Numbered from the stretch's first letter, positions 39,373 to 48,869 are shown. The stretch is DNA of 64,000 nt from Nitrososphaerota archaeon (GCA_011605725.1 JAAOZP010000009.1:102351-166350); one strand, 5' to 3'. The notes: generated by a model not told the origin, from the sequence alone. Translations and numbers: made by a program.

Positions 39373-40113
39373 ATGAATGAAGAATCGTCTGAGGATATGT
39401 TTCTGAAAAGGTTAGTGGAATACATGAACAAACGCTATAAAAAGGAACATGAATATTTCGTCATAAAGCATTCCGCCACGGAGCCTGTGACATCATTCGA
39501 TGGAAAGAAACGGAAGAAAAAGTGGGAGATTACTACGGGAGGATGGACTGTCCCTATTTTGGAGGGGTATTCCGACGGGGAAGTGTTCATCCTTTCCGAC
39601 AGCAAATATGAAATTGATGATGCTCTATCTGAGACCATATATAAAATGTTGTCGGAAACCATCCCGGGGTATTGGGACATGAGCCCCGATGAACACTATG
39701 CGCTTAAGCGGAAGGAGTACGAGGAGGTGGTGAGGAAGCTGCCCGACAGGAGAACCTGGGATGAGCTTAAGCAGAAGTATGGGGGCATAATAGCTTGGCT
39801 GGATTATCATGACGAAGCTGCTCGCGAGGCTAGTGAGAAAACGGGTATCGAACTTATCCATTATATACCTGCTAGAGGTGAATCGATCGGAGGTGAATTC
39901 ACGATCTTCTACTCACACTTCAACTCAAGTGGGATGAGCTGCGATGAGGTTATGGGGAGAATTGAGAAGGCGCTTGACGCAATAGACATTGCAAGCAACA
40001 AGGTTGACCTATACCTCCTCCCTACGCAAGAAGAGTTCAAGAAACGTCTCGATAAATTCCACGAGTTTTGCAAGCGTAAGGGCTATGTGAAACGCAGGCC
40101 TTCATCAGACTAA
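39373..40113 (+). CDS. hypothetical acidic/aromatic-rich protein, candidate immunity protein
   Basis: GGAGG SD before ATG 39373; directly follows the nuclease remnant. Confidence 0.6.
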   Translation: MNEESSEDMFLKRLVEYMNKRYKKEHEYFVIKHSATEPVTSFDGKKRKKKWEITTGGWTVPILEGYSDGEVFILSDSKYEIDDALSETIYKMLSETIPGYWDMSPDEHYALKRKEYEEVVRKLPDRRTWDELKQKYGGIIAWLDYHDEAAREASEKTGIELIHYIPARGESIGGEFTIFYSHFNSSGMSCDEVMGRIEKALDAIDIASNKVDLYLLPTQEEFKKRLDKFHEFCKRKGYVKRRPSSD

Positions 40114-40245
40114 AATGTTACCCATACTTAGATGCTGTTAGTTAGACGTATTATCCGGATGATAACGCGTGTGGACTGGGGTAATTGAGCAAAAAGAATT
40201 CTACGCCGTAAGGCTTAAATAGTTCTGGTATGGAACTGAGTTCCG

Positions 40246-41280
40246 GTGCGGAACTTGCTTTTCGACCTCAGGCCAAAATCATCCAGGAGCGACCTATTCA
40301 ACAGGGAGGATGAGCTTAGAGAGCTCGACAGGGCCGTTAGCCGCGGATACCCGCTTACGCTCGTGCTGGGGATCAGGAGGATTGGGAAAACGAGCCTCGT
40401 GAAGGCTTTTTTGGAGAAGCATAAGGGGGTTTACATAGATGCTAGAGGGGTTTCAAGACGATCCGAACTCTATGAGAGGATAGGCGATGGCCTCTACAGC
40501 TCCCTCAGCAGGACTAGAAGGCTGTTAGAGGGCATAAGGGGAATAAGCATCGCGGCTGCCGGTGTTGAAGTAAGATGGAGGGGAAGCGATTCCATAAGCT
40601 TCACGGGACTCCTCCAAGAGATCAATAAAAAGAGCGGGAGATTCATCCTCGTGATTGATGAGATACAGTCCCTGAGGCCTCCCTTATCCGCTGAGCTCAG
40701 AAGCCTTGTCGCATACTCCTACGACAATCTGGAAAATATATCCGTGATTATATCCGGCTCTGAAGTAGGCCTGTTAAGAAGCTTTCTCGGCCTCGATGAT
40801 GCTTCCTCACCGCTTTATGGAAGGTATGTTCACGAGATTCACGTCGACAGATTCGCAAAGGACCTGTCCAAAGAATTCTTGACAAAGGGGTTTAAGGAGG
40901 AAGGGTTGAAGCCGCCCGGCGAAACAATAGAGGAAGCCGTGGAACTCTTCGACGGGATCGTCGGATGGCTAGTGTTCTTCGGAAGATCCTACTTAGACGG
41001 GACAAGAGACGTTGAGAAGATTTCCGGCATGGCAGTGAAGCTGGCCCTCGATGAGTTGAACAAGCTAAGTCCAAGAGAGAAGTCCGTCCTCAAAGCCATA
41101 GCGGAGGGTGCGAACTCATGGTCTGAGGTCAGGAGCTTTATCTCCGAGAAGAAAGGAATCGTATTACCCAAATCAACATTAACAAGGATCATCGACAAGC
41201 TTGAAATGATGAGCATTGTAAAGAATTATGAGTTTCTCGATCCCATATACAGGAAGGCATGTAAGAGGCTGAAGCCTTAA
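40246..41280 (+). CDS. archaeal AAA-type ATPase with C-terminal wHTH
   Basis: LFD.RPK, LF.RE.E, G.RR.GKTS, IDE.Q, SGSEVG and DP.Y motifs. Confidence 0.9.
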   Translation: MRNLLFDLRPKSSRSDLFNREDELRELDRAVSRGYPLTLVLGIRRIGKTSLVKAFLEKHKGVYIDARGVSRRSELYERIGDGLYSSLSRTRRLLEGIRGISIAAAGVEVRWRGSDSISFTGLLQEINKKSGRFILVIDEIQSLRPPLSAELRSLVAYSYDNLENISVIISGSEVGLLRSFLGLDDASSPLYGRYVHEIHVDRFAKDLSKEFLTKGFKEEGLKPPGETIEEAVELFDGIVGWLVFFGRSYLDGTRDVEKISGMAVKLALDELNKLSPREKSVLKAIAEGANSWSEVRSFISEKKGIVLPKSTLTRIIDKLEMMSIVKNYEFLDPIYRKACKRLKP

Positions 41281-41378
41281 CCTTTCTCTGGATTTCATTA
41301 GCAGGCGCCAACCCATTAAGACTGTTAAAAAAGGCAATCAAGAGAATTGAAAGCTCTGAAACATCTAGCGCTCACGCT

Positions 41379-41437
41379 GGAGGTGAATTCACGATCCTCT
41401 GTTCGCACTTTAACTTAAGCGGATGAGCTGCGACGAG
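41379..41437. repeat. degenerate copy of an internal segment of the 39373 gene
   Basis: GGAGGTGAATTCACGATC exact, continuing ...CACTT.AACT.AAG.GGATGAGCTGCGA.GAG as at 39889-39948. Confidence 0.85.
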
Positions 41438-41445
41438 AAGCGCGC

Positions 41446-41697
41446 GCTGCGTTATACATCAGGATGAGAGACGGCGATATCGTCGATAGTATCGAGGTCA
41501 GGGAGAAGTTGATCGTTGACTTTGACAAGAATGGTGAAGTAATTGGCATCGAGGTGATAAACTTCTCGAAATCGAAAATAGATATCGGCGGCTCCTTAGC
41601 GCGCGGGTTCAATCCTGAATTTCAAGATTTTTCCTCAGTAGCGTTTTGCCTGCTCGTAAGCCCGATAAGGAGTGTTTCAAGGTTTAGAAGAGTTTAA
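41446..41697 (+). pseudogene. DUF2283-family protein, 5'-damaged
   Basis: ALYIR...G.IVDS.EV.....VDFD..G..IGIE motif; no intact start upstream of ALYI. Confidence 0.7.
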
Positions 41698-41725
41698 AAA
41701 GCCTTGTTCACGAGCCTTGTCAGGC

Positions 41726-42607
41726 TTGAAAACCATAGTGGGCCCGGCGAGCACCAGGCTTGGCGAAAAGATATGTTCCTTAGCCGGCTTGGAGAAGATC
41801 TGTTTCTCCTTCAAACAGTTTCCAGACGGAGAATTGTACGTTAGGCTGCTGGATGATGTTACGGGAGTTGACGCTTTAATAATCCAATCCCTGTCCCCAC
41901 CCCAAGACAGGAACCTGATGCTTCTCCTTCAACTCATATCCGCGTTCAAGACGAACGGAGGAGGGAAAGCGCTTGTGTTGATCCCATACATGGCTTATGC
42001 CCGTCAGGACAAGAGGTTCCTCCCAGGGGAGCCTGTTTCAGCCCATCTCGTAGCCAGGCTTATTGAGGCTGCTGGAGCGGACAGGGTTGCGCTTGTAGAG
42101 GTTCATAGCGATACTGCTGCCAGAGGCTTTAGAAACAGCGTCCTGATAGAGGTCACAAGGTCTTTTGCGGAACATTATTTGAAGAACGGGTTTGAAAAAG
42201 CCTATGTGGTTGCTCCAGATAAGAATGCTACTCCAAGAGCCAGGAGGCTTGCGGAAATTATTGGGGGGGAAGTCGGGTGGGTTGAGAAAACCAGGGATAA
42301 GGAGACCGGTTTTGTCTCCTCCAGCGAAGGGGAGCTTAACCCAGCCGGTAGGAAAACAATCCTTATAGATGACATTATAAGCACGGGAGGCACGATCATA
42401 GAGGCCATAAAACTGCTTAAGAATAAGGGTGCTTCTCAAATATCCGTGGCGTGTGTTCACGGCATTTTCGTAGGTAATGCTTACGAGAGGATTATGAATG
42501 CTGGTGCTTCAAGCATCCTTTCCTCAGACACTGTTGAAACTCCGTATTCGAACATTTCTGTCGCGGGTGACGTGGTTAGAGCACTCAGGGAGAAGAGCTG
42601 GCTCTGA
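41726..42607 (+). CDS. prs: ribose-phosphate pyrophosphokinase
   Basis: FPDGE, PY.AYARQD..F..GE, APD.., K.R and DDIISTGGT motifs; start is 41717 or 41726. Confidence 0.95.
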   Translation: MKTIVGPASTRLGEKICSLAGLEKICFSFKQFPDGELYVRLLDDVTGVDALIIQSLSPPQDRNLMLLLQLISAFKTNGGGKALVLIPYMAYARQDKRFLPGEPVSAHLVARLIEAAGADRVALVEVHSDTAARGFRNSVLIEVTRSFAEHYLKNGFEKAYVVAPDKNATPRARRLAEIIGGEVGWVEKTRDKETGFVSSSEGELNPAGRKTILIDDIISTGGTIIEAIKLLKNKGASQISVACVHGIFVGNAYERIMNAGASSILSSDTVETPYSNISVAGDVVRALREKSWL

Positions 42608-43641
42608 GTACTGTTCAAGGCTGGAAACGGCTTTTCGCAGTTTTGTCCGGCGAGCACGACAGGCTTCCTGCTGCCGAGGTCGAAGCCGTTTTCGAGGCTG
42701 AGAATGTTCCCAGGATCGTCCTAGAGGGATTCACACAGGTCTACAGGTTCACTGCACCTTTAGAGCCTGCTTCAAAAGCCTTTAAGAGACTAGCCTTATC
42801 ACACTTCCTGTGTGAGGAGATAGGAGTCTTCAAGCAGGATGTTTCCTGTGATGAAATAATTGGCAAAGTAGTGGAGGCAGGATTAAACGGGAGCATTGCG
42901 TTCAGGGTTAGGAGGATAAGGTGCAGTATTTCTCCTGAGAAGGCTTCGGCTCTTGAAACAGGGTTGAACAGGAAAGCGTCGAAAACCGTGCGCCTCGTCG
43001 TGGACTTAGAGAATCCTGAGAATAATTTGGAGGTTGTGTCTTCAAACGGCTTCATAATTGTTGGCAGGAGGGTTTGCAGCAGCGCTAGGAGAAGCGTAAT
43101 GGCTAGGAGCGGCGGCAGGAAACCGTTCTTCCATCCTTCAAGCCTTAAGGTTGAGCTTGCAAGAACAATGCTGAACCTCGCTAGGGTCAGGGAGGGAAGT
43201 ATAGTTGTAGACCCGTTCTCCGGAACAGGGACGGTACTGGTTGAAGCGTGTAAGCTGCAAACTCATCCGATAGGGCTGGACGTGGATCCTCTGATGGCCT
43301 ATTCCTCCCGTAGAAACTACAGATGGTTCCAGACACTTGTCTTCCAAGTCTTAGGGGATGCTAGGCACATGCCTTTCAGACGCGCCGACGCTGTTGTTAC
43401 GGATCCGCCTTACGGGAGGAGGGCTTCAACACATGGCTTTGAATCCCTAAGGCTTTACGAGTGCTTCATAAAGGAGGCTTCGAGGATTCTCAGAGATGAA
43501 GGGTGGCTTGTCTTCCTAGCTCCAAGCAGGCTGCATGTTGAAGAAGCCCTGGAGCATAACGGCTTTAAGCTTAGGGAAACTTTTCTCATAGAGGTTCACT
43601 CTAATCTGACTAGGAAGCTACTGGTAGCTTTCAGGGGGTGA
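42604..43641 (+). CDS. trm11: tRNA G10 N2-methyltransferase (THUMP + MTase), probable CTG start
   Basis: LSGEH..LP.AE, PFFHPS, DPF.GTG and TDPPYG motifs; CTGA overlap with the prs stop. Confidence 0.88.
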   Translation: MSTVQGWKRLFAVLSGEHDRLPAAEVEAVFEAENVPRIVLEGFTQVYRFTAPLEPASKAFKRLALSHFLCEEIGVFKQDVSCDEIIGKVVEAGLNGSIAFRVRRIRCSISPEKASALETGLNRKASKTVRLVVDLENPENNLEVVSSNGFIIVGRRVCSSARRSVMARSGGRKPFFHPSSLKVELARTMLNLARVREGSIVVDPFSGTGTVLVEACKLQTHPIGLDVDPLMAYSSRRNYRWFQTLVFQVLGDARHMPFRRADAVVTDPPYGRRASTHGFESLRLYECFIKEASRILRDEGWLVFLAPSRLHVEEALEHNGFKLRETFLIEVHSNLTRKLLVAFRG

Positions 43642-44553
43642 ACTCTATGCTTACCAGTTCGAGGAGAACCTCTTCTTCTAATCCGAGAAAGCAGGATAAT
43701 GATGTTAAGGGAAGCGCGTTCACCGGCTTATCATTCACGGTAATCCTGCTGTTGTTGAATGTTCTAAGGAATCCAGGTATTCTCATGCTTGTTATTATTC
43801 CAGTGTTTTTTTCAATGAATACGCTGGGCGTGCTCCATACGGTGTTGTTGCAGTAATATATTATTTCCAGCGTGTCTTTGCCCGCAATCTTAGAAAGAGC
43901 TTCATACACGCTCCATATCTGAGGCTTAGCGGGAAGCTCGCTTACCCACCATGTTCGATTAAGCTCCGGGATACATGCCTTTCCCTCCTTAAGATAGATT
44001 AAAATCGTGAAGATTTTGGATGCCCACACTGGTGACGGTGGTGGATAACTGCTTATCTTTGGCTCAAAAACTCCAAGAGGGATGAACTCAGCGTTGAAAA
44101 GGATAATCCTTTCCTCCAAGGGTTGGAACAATGGCAGCAAAACCCCTACGTCCTTTCCCTGCCAGTAGAACCTTTCAGTGGTCGCATCATATTCGAAGAC
44201 GGCGCATTTTCTAAACTCTCTGAAAATCCTTTTCCCGTCCTCGGTATAAACAGAATGCCCTACAACATAGATTGTAAAGTTCAAAATGTAGGTTTCTCTG
44301 CTTCTCTGGATCTCCAGGTTCAGAGTCGCGTTACGGCCAGCGATTTCCCTAAGCTCCAGAACTTCCCGGGCTCGATTTGAATAAGACCGTGAATAAACTT
44401 ATACTTGAGCCTTAGAATCTTGTTTTCCCCCAACCAGCTGATGTATTTGGGGTTTTGAGGAGCAGGATGCTGCGGGTAAGTCCAAAAAAGGATTACTGTA
44501 GCTGGAGCAATGATAATAGGAATTAAGAGGATGATGCTAAATCTTATTCTCAC
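43631..44553 (-). pseudogene. secreted/membrane-anchored hypothetical protein split by one frameshift near 44360-44380
   Basis: The 77-aa signal-peptide ORF and the 217-aa ORF join through an open frame EVLELREIAGRNATLNLEIQ. Confidence 0.6.
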
Positions 44554-44649
44554 CTCGTCCCCACTACTCCTGTTCTCAGAACGTATTTGGAGCCTATTAT
44601 AAGCCTTACGGAGTTAAACATTATATTCTGCGAAGCTATTAATAGGAAC

Positions 44650-45576
44650 GTGTTGAAGAAGAGCCAGCCGTTTGGGAGACTAGTCTTCCTCGGAACGTCT
44701 GCAGCAGTCCCTACAGTCAGCAGGAGCCACCCTTGCATAGCACTCTGGTGGAGGGGGGAGATACTTCTCTTCGACTGTGGAGAGGGTGCTCAAAGACAGT
44801 TGATGATCGCCAGCCTCAGCCTTGAAAAGATATCAAACATTTTCATAACCCACATGCATGGAGATCATGTTCTTGGGCTTCCAGGGCTACTTATGACGAT
44901 GACTCTTCAAAACAGGAGGAGGCCTCTCAACATATATGGTCCGAAAGGGCTTAGATCGTTTGTTGAATCCTGCCTGCCGATGATATTCTACCAGCCTAGT
45001 TTCCAGATCAGCATTAACGAGGTTGAGAATGGTCTAGTCGCCTCCGGCAGGAAGTATAAGGTTTATTCGTATGAAGTCAAGCATTCTGTTGAATCCTACG
45101 CCTACTGTTTCAAAGAGGACGACAGACCGGGCAAGTTTAATGTTGAGAAGGCTGAGAAGCTCGGCGTTAAGCCTGGGCCATTAAGGAGCATGCTAGTTGA
45201 GGGTAAGACGGTAATGCTTGAAGACGGTAGAATTATTAGGCCTGAGGAGGTTGTTGAACCACCCCGTCCCGGGGTTAAAATCGTCTACACTGGTGACATG
45301 GGGAATACTCCTGGCTTCGAGGAATTCTGCATGAATGCTGATATTCTTATTCACGAGGCTACTTTCGATGAGAGCATGGGAAGCGAAGCCAGTAGTCTTC
45401 AGCATTCAACCTGTGTTGAGGCGGCTAAACTGGCTGCGACTGCACGTGTTAAGAAGCTCATACTTACTCATGTAAGCTCCAGGTATGGTGATGCCTCAAT
45501 ACTGATTGAGCAGGCCAGGAGGTTTTTCCAAGAAGTCCAAGTTGCTGAAGACTTTCTATCTATCGAGATTTTTTGA
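44650..45576 (+). CDS. rnz: ribonuclease Z
   Basis: FLGT.A..P, FDCGEG.Q.Q, THMHGDH, PGP arm, HEAT, HST and TH.S.RY motifs. Confidence 0.96.
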   Translation: MLKKSQPFGRLVFLGTSAAVPTVSRSHPCIALWWRGEILLFDCGEGAQRQLMIASLSLEKISNIFITHMHGDHVLGLPGLLMTMTLQNRRRPLNIYGPKGLRSFVESCLPMIFYQPSFQISINEVENGLVASGRKYKVYSYEVKHSVESYAYCFKEDDRPGKFNVEKAEKLGVKPGPLRSMLVEGKTVMLEDGRIIRPEEVVEPPRPGVKIVYTGDMGNTPGFEEFCMNADILIHEATFDESMGSEASSLQHSTCVEAAKLAATARVKKLILTHVSSRYGDASILIEQARRFFQEVQVAEDFLSIEIF

Positions 45577-46131
45577 AAGAATACTCTTCAGTTTGCTTTC
45601 AACGGTTTCAGCAAGGCTACTCGTGCTTCCGTCATTCACTATGTAGACGTCGCTTAACGCAAGCACCTCCCCAAGCCCGACTGAGAGCTCCACCCTATCC
45701 CTTTCCTCAAGCTCCCCGAGCGTCTTAGGGTCGTCAGGCCTGCTTCTCTTAGAAAGCCTGCTGTATCTAAGACTTACTGGTGCCAATACTCCAACCAGAA
45801 TCACAGAATATCCTTCAGACTTAAAGTATTCTACTTCTTTCAACGACCTTACTCCTTCCACTACAACACACTCTGCTTTCAAATTCTCAATCTTTCTTTG
45901 CACAAGCCTGGCAACAGCATCATTACCCAGTTTCCTCCTAAGTTCAACCATAAACCTGCTCATCGACACTATGTCTCCACCTACTCCACGGGCTTCAGCC
46001 TCCTCTCGAACAGCATCTCCCATGGAAACTACTGTAAAACCATGTTTCTCGATAATTTTCGCAACCGTCGTCTTACCTGAGCCCGGCATCCCGGCGATAA
46101 GAATCAGCTGCTTCAATAATAACCGTCTCAC
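45556..46131 (-). CDS. UPF0200-type nucleotide/dephospho-CoA kinase-like P-loop protein
   Basis: GMPGSGKT, MGD.VR, EGVRS..E, R.R.DD and RD..EL..G motifs. Confidence 0.85.
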   Translation of the reverse strand: MRRLLLKQLILIAGMPGSGKTTVAKIIEKHGFTVVSMGDAVREEAEARGVGGDIVSMSRFMVELRRKLGNDAVARLVQRKIENLKAECVVVEGVRSLKEVEYFKSEGYSVILVGVLAPVSLRYSRLSKRSRPDDPKTLGELEERDRVELSVGLGEVLALSDVYIVNDGSTSSLAETVESKLKSILSKNLDR

Positions 46132-46173
46132 ATAAAGGTAAGGTATATAAATTCTTACTCAGTCATACTCAGG

Positions 46174-46725
46174 ATGGTAAGGCTCTTCGTTTCAATGGAT
46201 GTTGAAAATGAGAATGTTAGCCGTAGAATACTTGAGATTCAGAAGAGACTTGTTGAAACCGGGGCTGATTTAAAGCTGGTCGATGCGAATATTCTTCACT
46301 TGACGCTATTCTTCATAGGGGAAGTTCCTGAAACCATGGTTAGCACGATACGTGAGAGACTTTCCGGAGTCGAGGGCAGCCCGATTGAAGTAGAGCTGAG
46401 GGGTCTTGGAGCGTTTCCAACGGTTTCACAACCCAGGGTTGTCTTCGCTGGAATCGGAAAGGGGGATAAGGAGCTTGTTGAAAGGGCTGAAAAGGTTTCA
46501 GAATCCTTGTCCAAAATAGGTTTTAGGATGAACGAGCGGTTCTCCTCACACTTGACTATCGCTAGGGTTAGGAGCCGTTTAAACCTTGATAAGCTCGTTT
46601 TTTTCATCAGGAGTAACAGGGATATCTTTATAGGGGAGGTTATTACGAGCAGGCTCAGGCTTAAGAAGAGCATTTTGACGCCACGTGGACCAGTATATGA
46701 AACCCTCTGGGAAAAAATTGATTAG
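46174..46725 (+). CDS. thpR: RNA 2',3'-cyclic phosphodiesterase (2H family)
   Basis: Two HLT motifs, RLF N-terminus and S.LTP.GP.Y. Confidence 0.93.
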   Translation: MVRLFVSMDVENENVSRRILEIQKRLVETGADLKLVDANILHLTLFFIGEVPETMVSTIRERLSGVEGSPIEVELRGLGAFPTVSQPRVVFAGIGKGDKELVERAEKVSESLSKIGFRMNERFSSHLTIARVRSRLNLDKLVFFIRSNRDIFIGEVITSRLRLKKSILTPRGPVYETLWEKID

Positions 46726-46747
46726 CAGGTACTGGTGATACTAATAT

Positions 46748-48154
46748 ATGTCGAATAGTCTTCAAGAGGTTGTTCAAGAAGCTCTGAGAAGGGTTAAGCC
46801 TAGTTTAGAGGAGGAGGAGCGGGTTAACAATATACTTTCAAAAACTGTTTCAATACTTAGAGAAGAGTTTAACCGATTGGAGCCTGAAGCCGAGGTCCTT
46901 GTGGAAGGATCCGTGGCTAAGAACACTTGGCTCAGCGGAGAGACTGATGCTGATATCTTCGTAAGGTTTCCTGTTGAATGGAAGAAGAGTGAAATGGGGG
47001 AAACCCTGATAGAGAGTGTTAAAAAAATATTTGGCCCGGAGAAATGCAGACTCCGGTTTGCAGAACACCCGTACGTGACGGTTAGGATGGATAATATTAA
47101 CGTGGATATTGTTCCATGCTACAAGGTTAAGAAGGGTTTCTACAAGAGTGCAACCGACAGGACTGTTTTCCACACGGAGTTTGTGAAGGAGAAGCTAAGC
47201 CTAGAACTGAGGGACGAGGCCCGGCTTCTTAAAAGGTTCTTCAAGGGAATAGGGGTTTACGGCGCGGAGATAAAGACAAGAGGGTTCAGCGGCTTTCTAG
47301 TTGAGCTCCTTGTATACTCTTTCGGAGGGTTTGTCAAAACCTTGGAAGCCCTTAGAGACTTTAAGCCTCCTCTCATTCTGGATCCCGGCGGGCTCTACAA
47401 GGGTAGGGAGGAAGAGCTTGCTAGGAGAGCTATGGGAAGCCTGCTGTGCGTCATAGATCCTGTTGACGAGCTTAGGAATGTAGCTGCTGCAGTCAGTGGC
47501 GAGAGCCTAAGCATAGCGCAGTACGCTGCCCACATGATGCTCAAGAAACCCTCTATAGAGTTTTTCTATCCCGTCTACAGGACATCTAGGGAAGAGCTTA
47601 GGGAGACCTTGAGAAGTAGAGGACTCAACATCGTTTCAATCACTATACCGGCTTGGACTGATATTCCAGATATTTTATGGGGGCAAGCCTACAGGCTTCT
47701 TTCGAGGCTAAGCAGTTTTCTCCAGGAGAATGAATTCGAGGTCTTGATGGAGAGAGCTTGGAGTGACGAGGAGAAACATATTGTTCTAATATTTATAGTG
47801 GAGGAGGTTGAGAAGAGGGCGGCTATACTCCACATGGGTCCACCCTATTTCAGCAGTAATGTTCCCAGGTTTGTTGAAACCTATTTGAGCAGTGAGAGGA
47901 TGCTGATCCATCCGTTTCCACGAAACGGAAGATGGTGGACTATTCTCAAGCCTAAAGTAAAGGACGTTAGAGAAGCTATATCTAGATTCTTATCTTCAAG
48001 CGAATACTTGAAAGGCTTTTCAGAAAAAATCCTTGAATCTCTCTCCAGATCCACTATACGCTTAGGCGAGGATGTTGTGAATGCTGTTGAAAATCCAGAA
48101 TACATTTCTTTCTTAGAAAGATGTATGAACCCTTTTCCTTGGCTTTCTAAATAA
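46748..48154 (+). CDS. cca: class I CCA-adding enzyme
   Basis: GS.AK.TWL.G..D.D.F, AEHPY, D.VPC, DRT.FH, GAE....GFSG and DPVD..RN motifs. Confidence 0.96.
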   Translation: MSNSLQEVVQEALRRVKPSLEEEERVNNILSKTVSILREEFNRLEPEAEVLVEGSVAKNTWLSGETDADIFVRFPVEWKKSEMGETLIESVKKIFGPEKCRLRFAEHPYVTVRMDNINVDIVPCYKVKKGFYKSATDRTVFHTEFVKEKLSLELRDEARLLKRFFKGIGVYGAEIKTRGFSGFLVELLVYSFGGFVKTLEALRDFKPPLILDPGGLYKGREEELARRAMGSLLCVIDPVDELRNVAAAVSGESLSIAQYAAHMMLKKPSIEFFYPVYRTSREELRETLRSRGLNIVSITIPAWTDIPDILWGQAYRLLSRLSSFLQENEFEVLMERAWSDEEKHIVLIFIVEEVEKRAAILHMGPPYFSSNVPRFVETYLSSERMLIHPFPRNGRWWTILKPKVKDVREAISRFLSSSEYLKGFSEKILESLSRSTIRLGEDVVNAVENPEYISFLERCMNPFPWLSK

Positions 48155-48869
48155 GCGTGAGGAAATGCTTAGCAGAATCGAACATCTTGACGTTGTTAAA
48201 CAGCACATAGATTTCTTCTGCATCTTCAAGCCTTTCTATCAGTGTCTTTAACTTTTTCAAATCTTCAAAGCTATATACATAGTTATAATTGTAACGTTTT
48301 CCGAGTCCATGAAGCCTAAAGTAATACAGGCCTCTAGTAAGAGGCTGGTCCCAGAAAGGATCTACCACGTGAATAAGGTCAAACTTCTCCAGAATGCTTT
48401 TCGTCAAGCTTTTCTTCTCAAGCCATTCTCCCCGTGGTTCCCAAGCCAGTCTAACTCCTCCCCTATCTATCTTTTTCAAGAATTCCTTCATATTACTGAT
48501 GTTTTTCGGAGAAGGGTTGAAGCTAGGTGGTGTTTGAAACACAGCTATCTTGGCGTCAAGCCTCTTAACTATTTCCAAGATTCTCCCCCATGCTTCAAAG
48601 GTTTTTCTCGAAGGGTTGAAATCTCCATAACCCTTAAGCTCATCCTTACTTAAGCCGCTTCTTTTCCAAGTTGGGCTGTCAGGTGGATGCGTGATCCCCT
48701 GCCAGACTTTCACTGTGAACTCGAAGTCCTCGGGAGCTTGAGCCCTCCATTTTTCAGCTGTTTCCACCCTCGGAAGCTTATAGAAGGTCGACTGGATCTC
48801 AACCAGGTGGAACTCGGAGAAATATTTCTGCATTGAGACAGGGTAACCGCAGCAACCAACCTTAATCAC
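48147..48869 (-). CDS. DUF72 family protein
   Basis: VGCCG, VE..STFY..P, F.VK....ITH, Q.PPSF, EPRG, RLHG and FNN motifs. Confidence 0.92.
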   Translation of the reverse strand: MIKVGCCGYPVSMQKYFSEFHLVEIQSTFYKLPRVETAEKWRAQAPEDFEFTVKVWQGITHPPDSPTWKRSGLSKDELKGYGDFNPSRKTFEAWGRILEIVKRLDAKIAVFQTPPSFNPSPKNISNMKEFLKKIDRGGVRLAWEPRGEWLEKKSLTKSILEKFDLIHVVDPFWDQPLTRGLYYFRLHGLGKRYNYNYVYSFEDLKKLKTLIERLEDAEEIYVLFNNVKMFDSAKHFLTLI

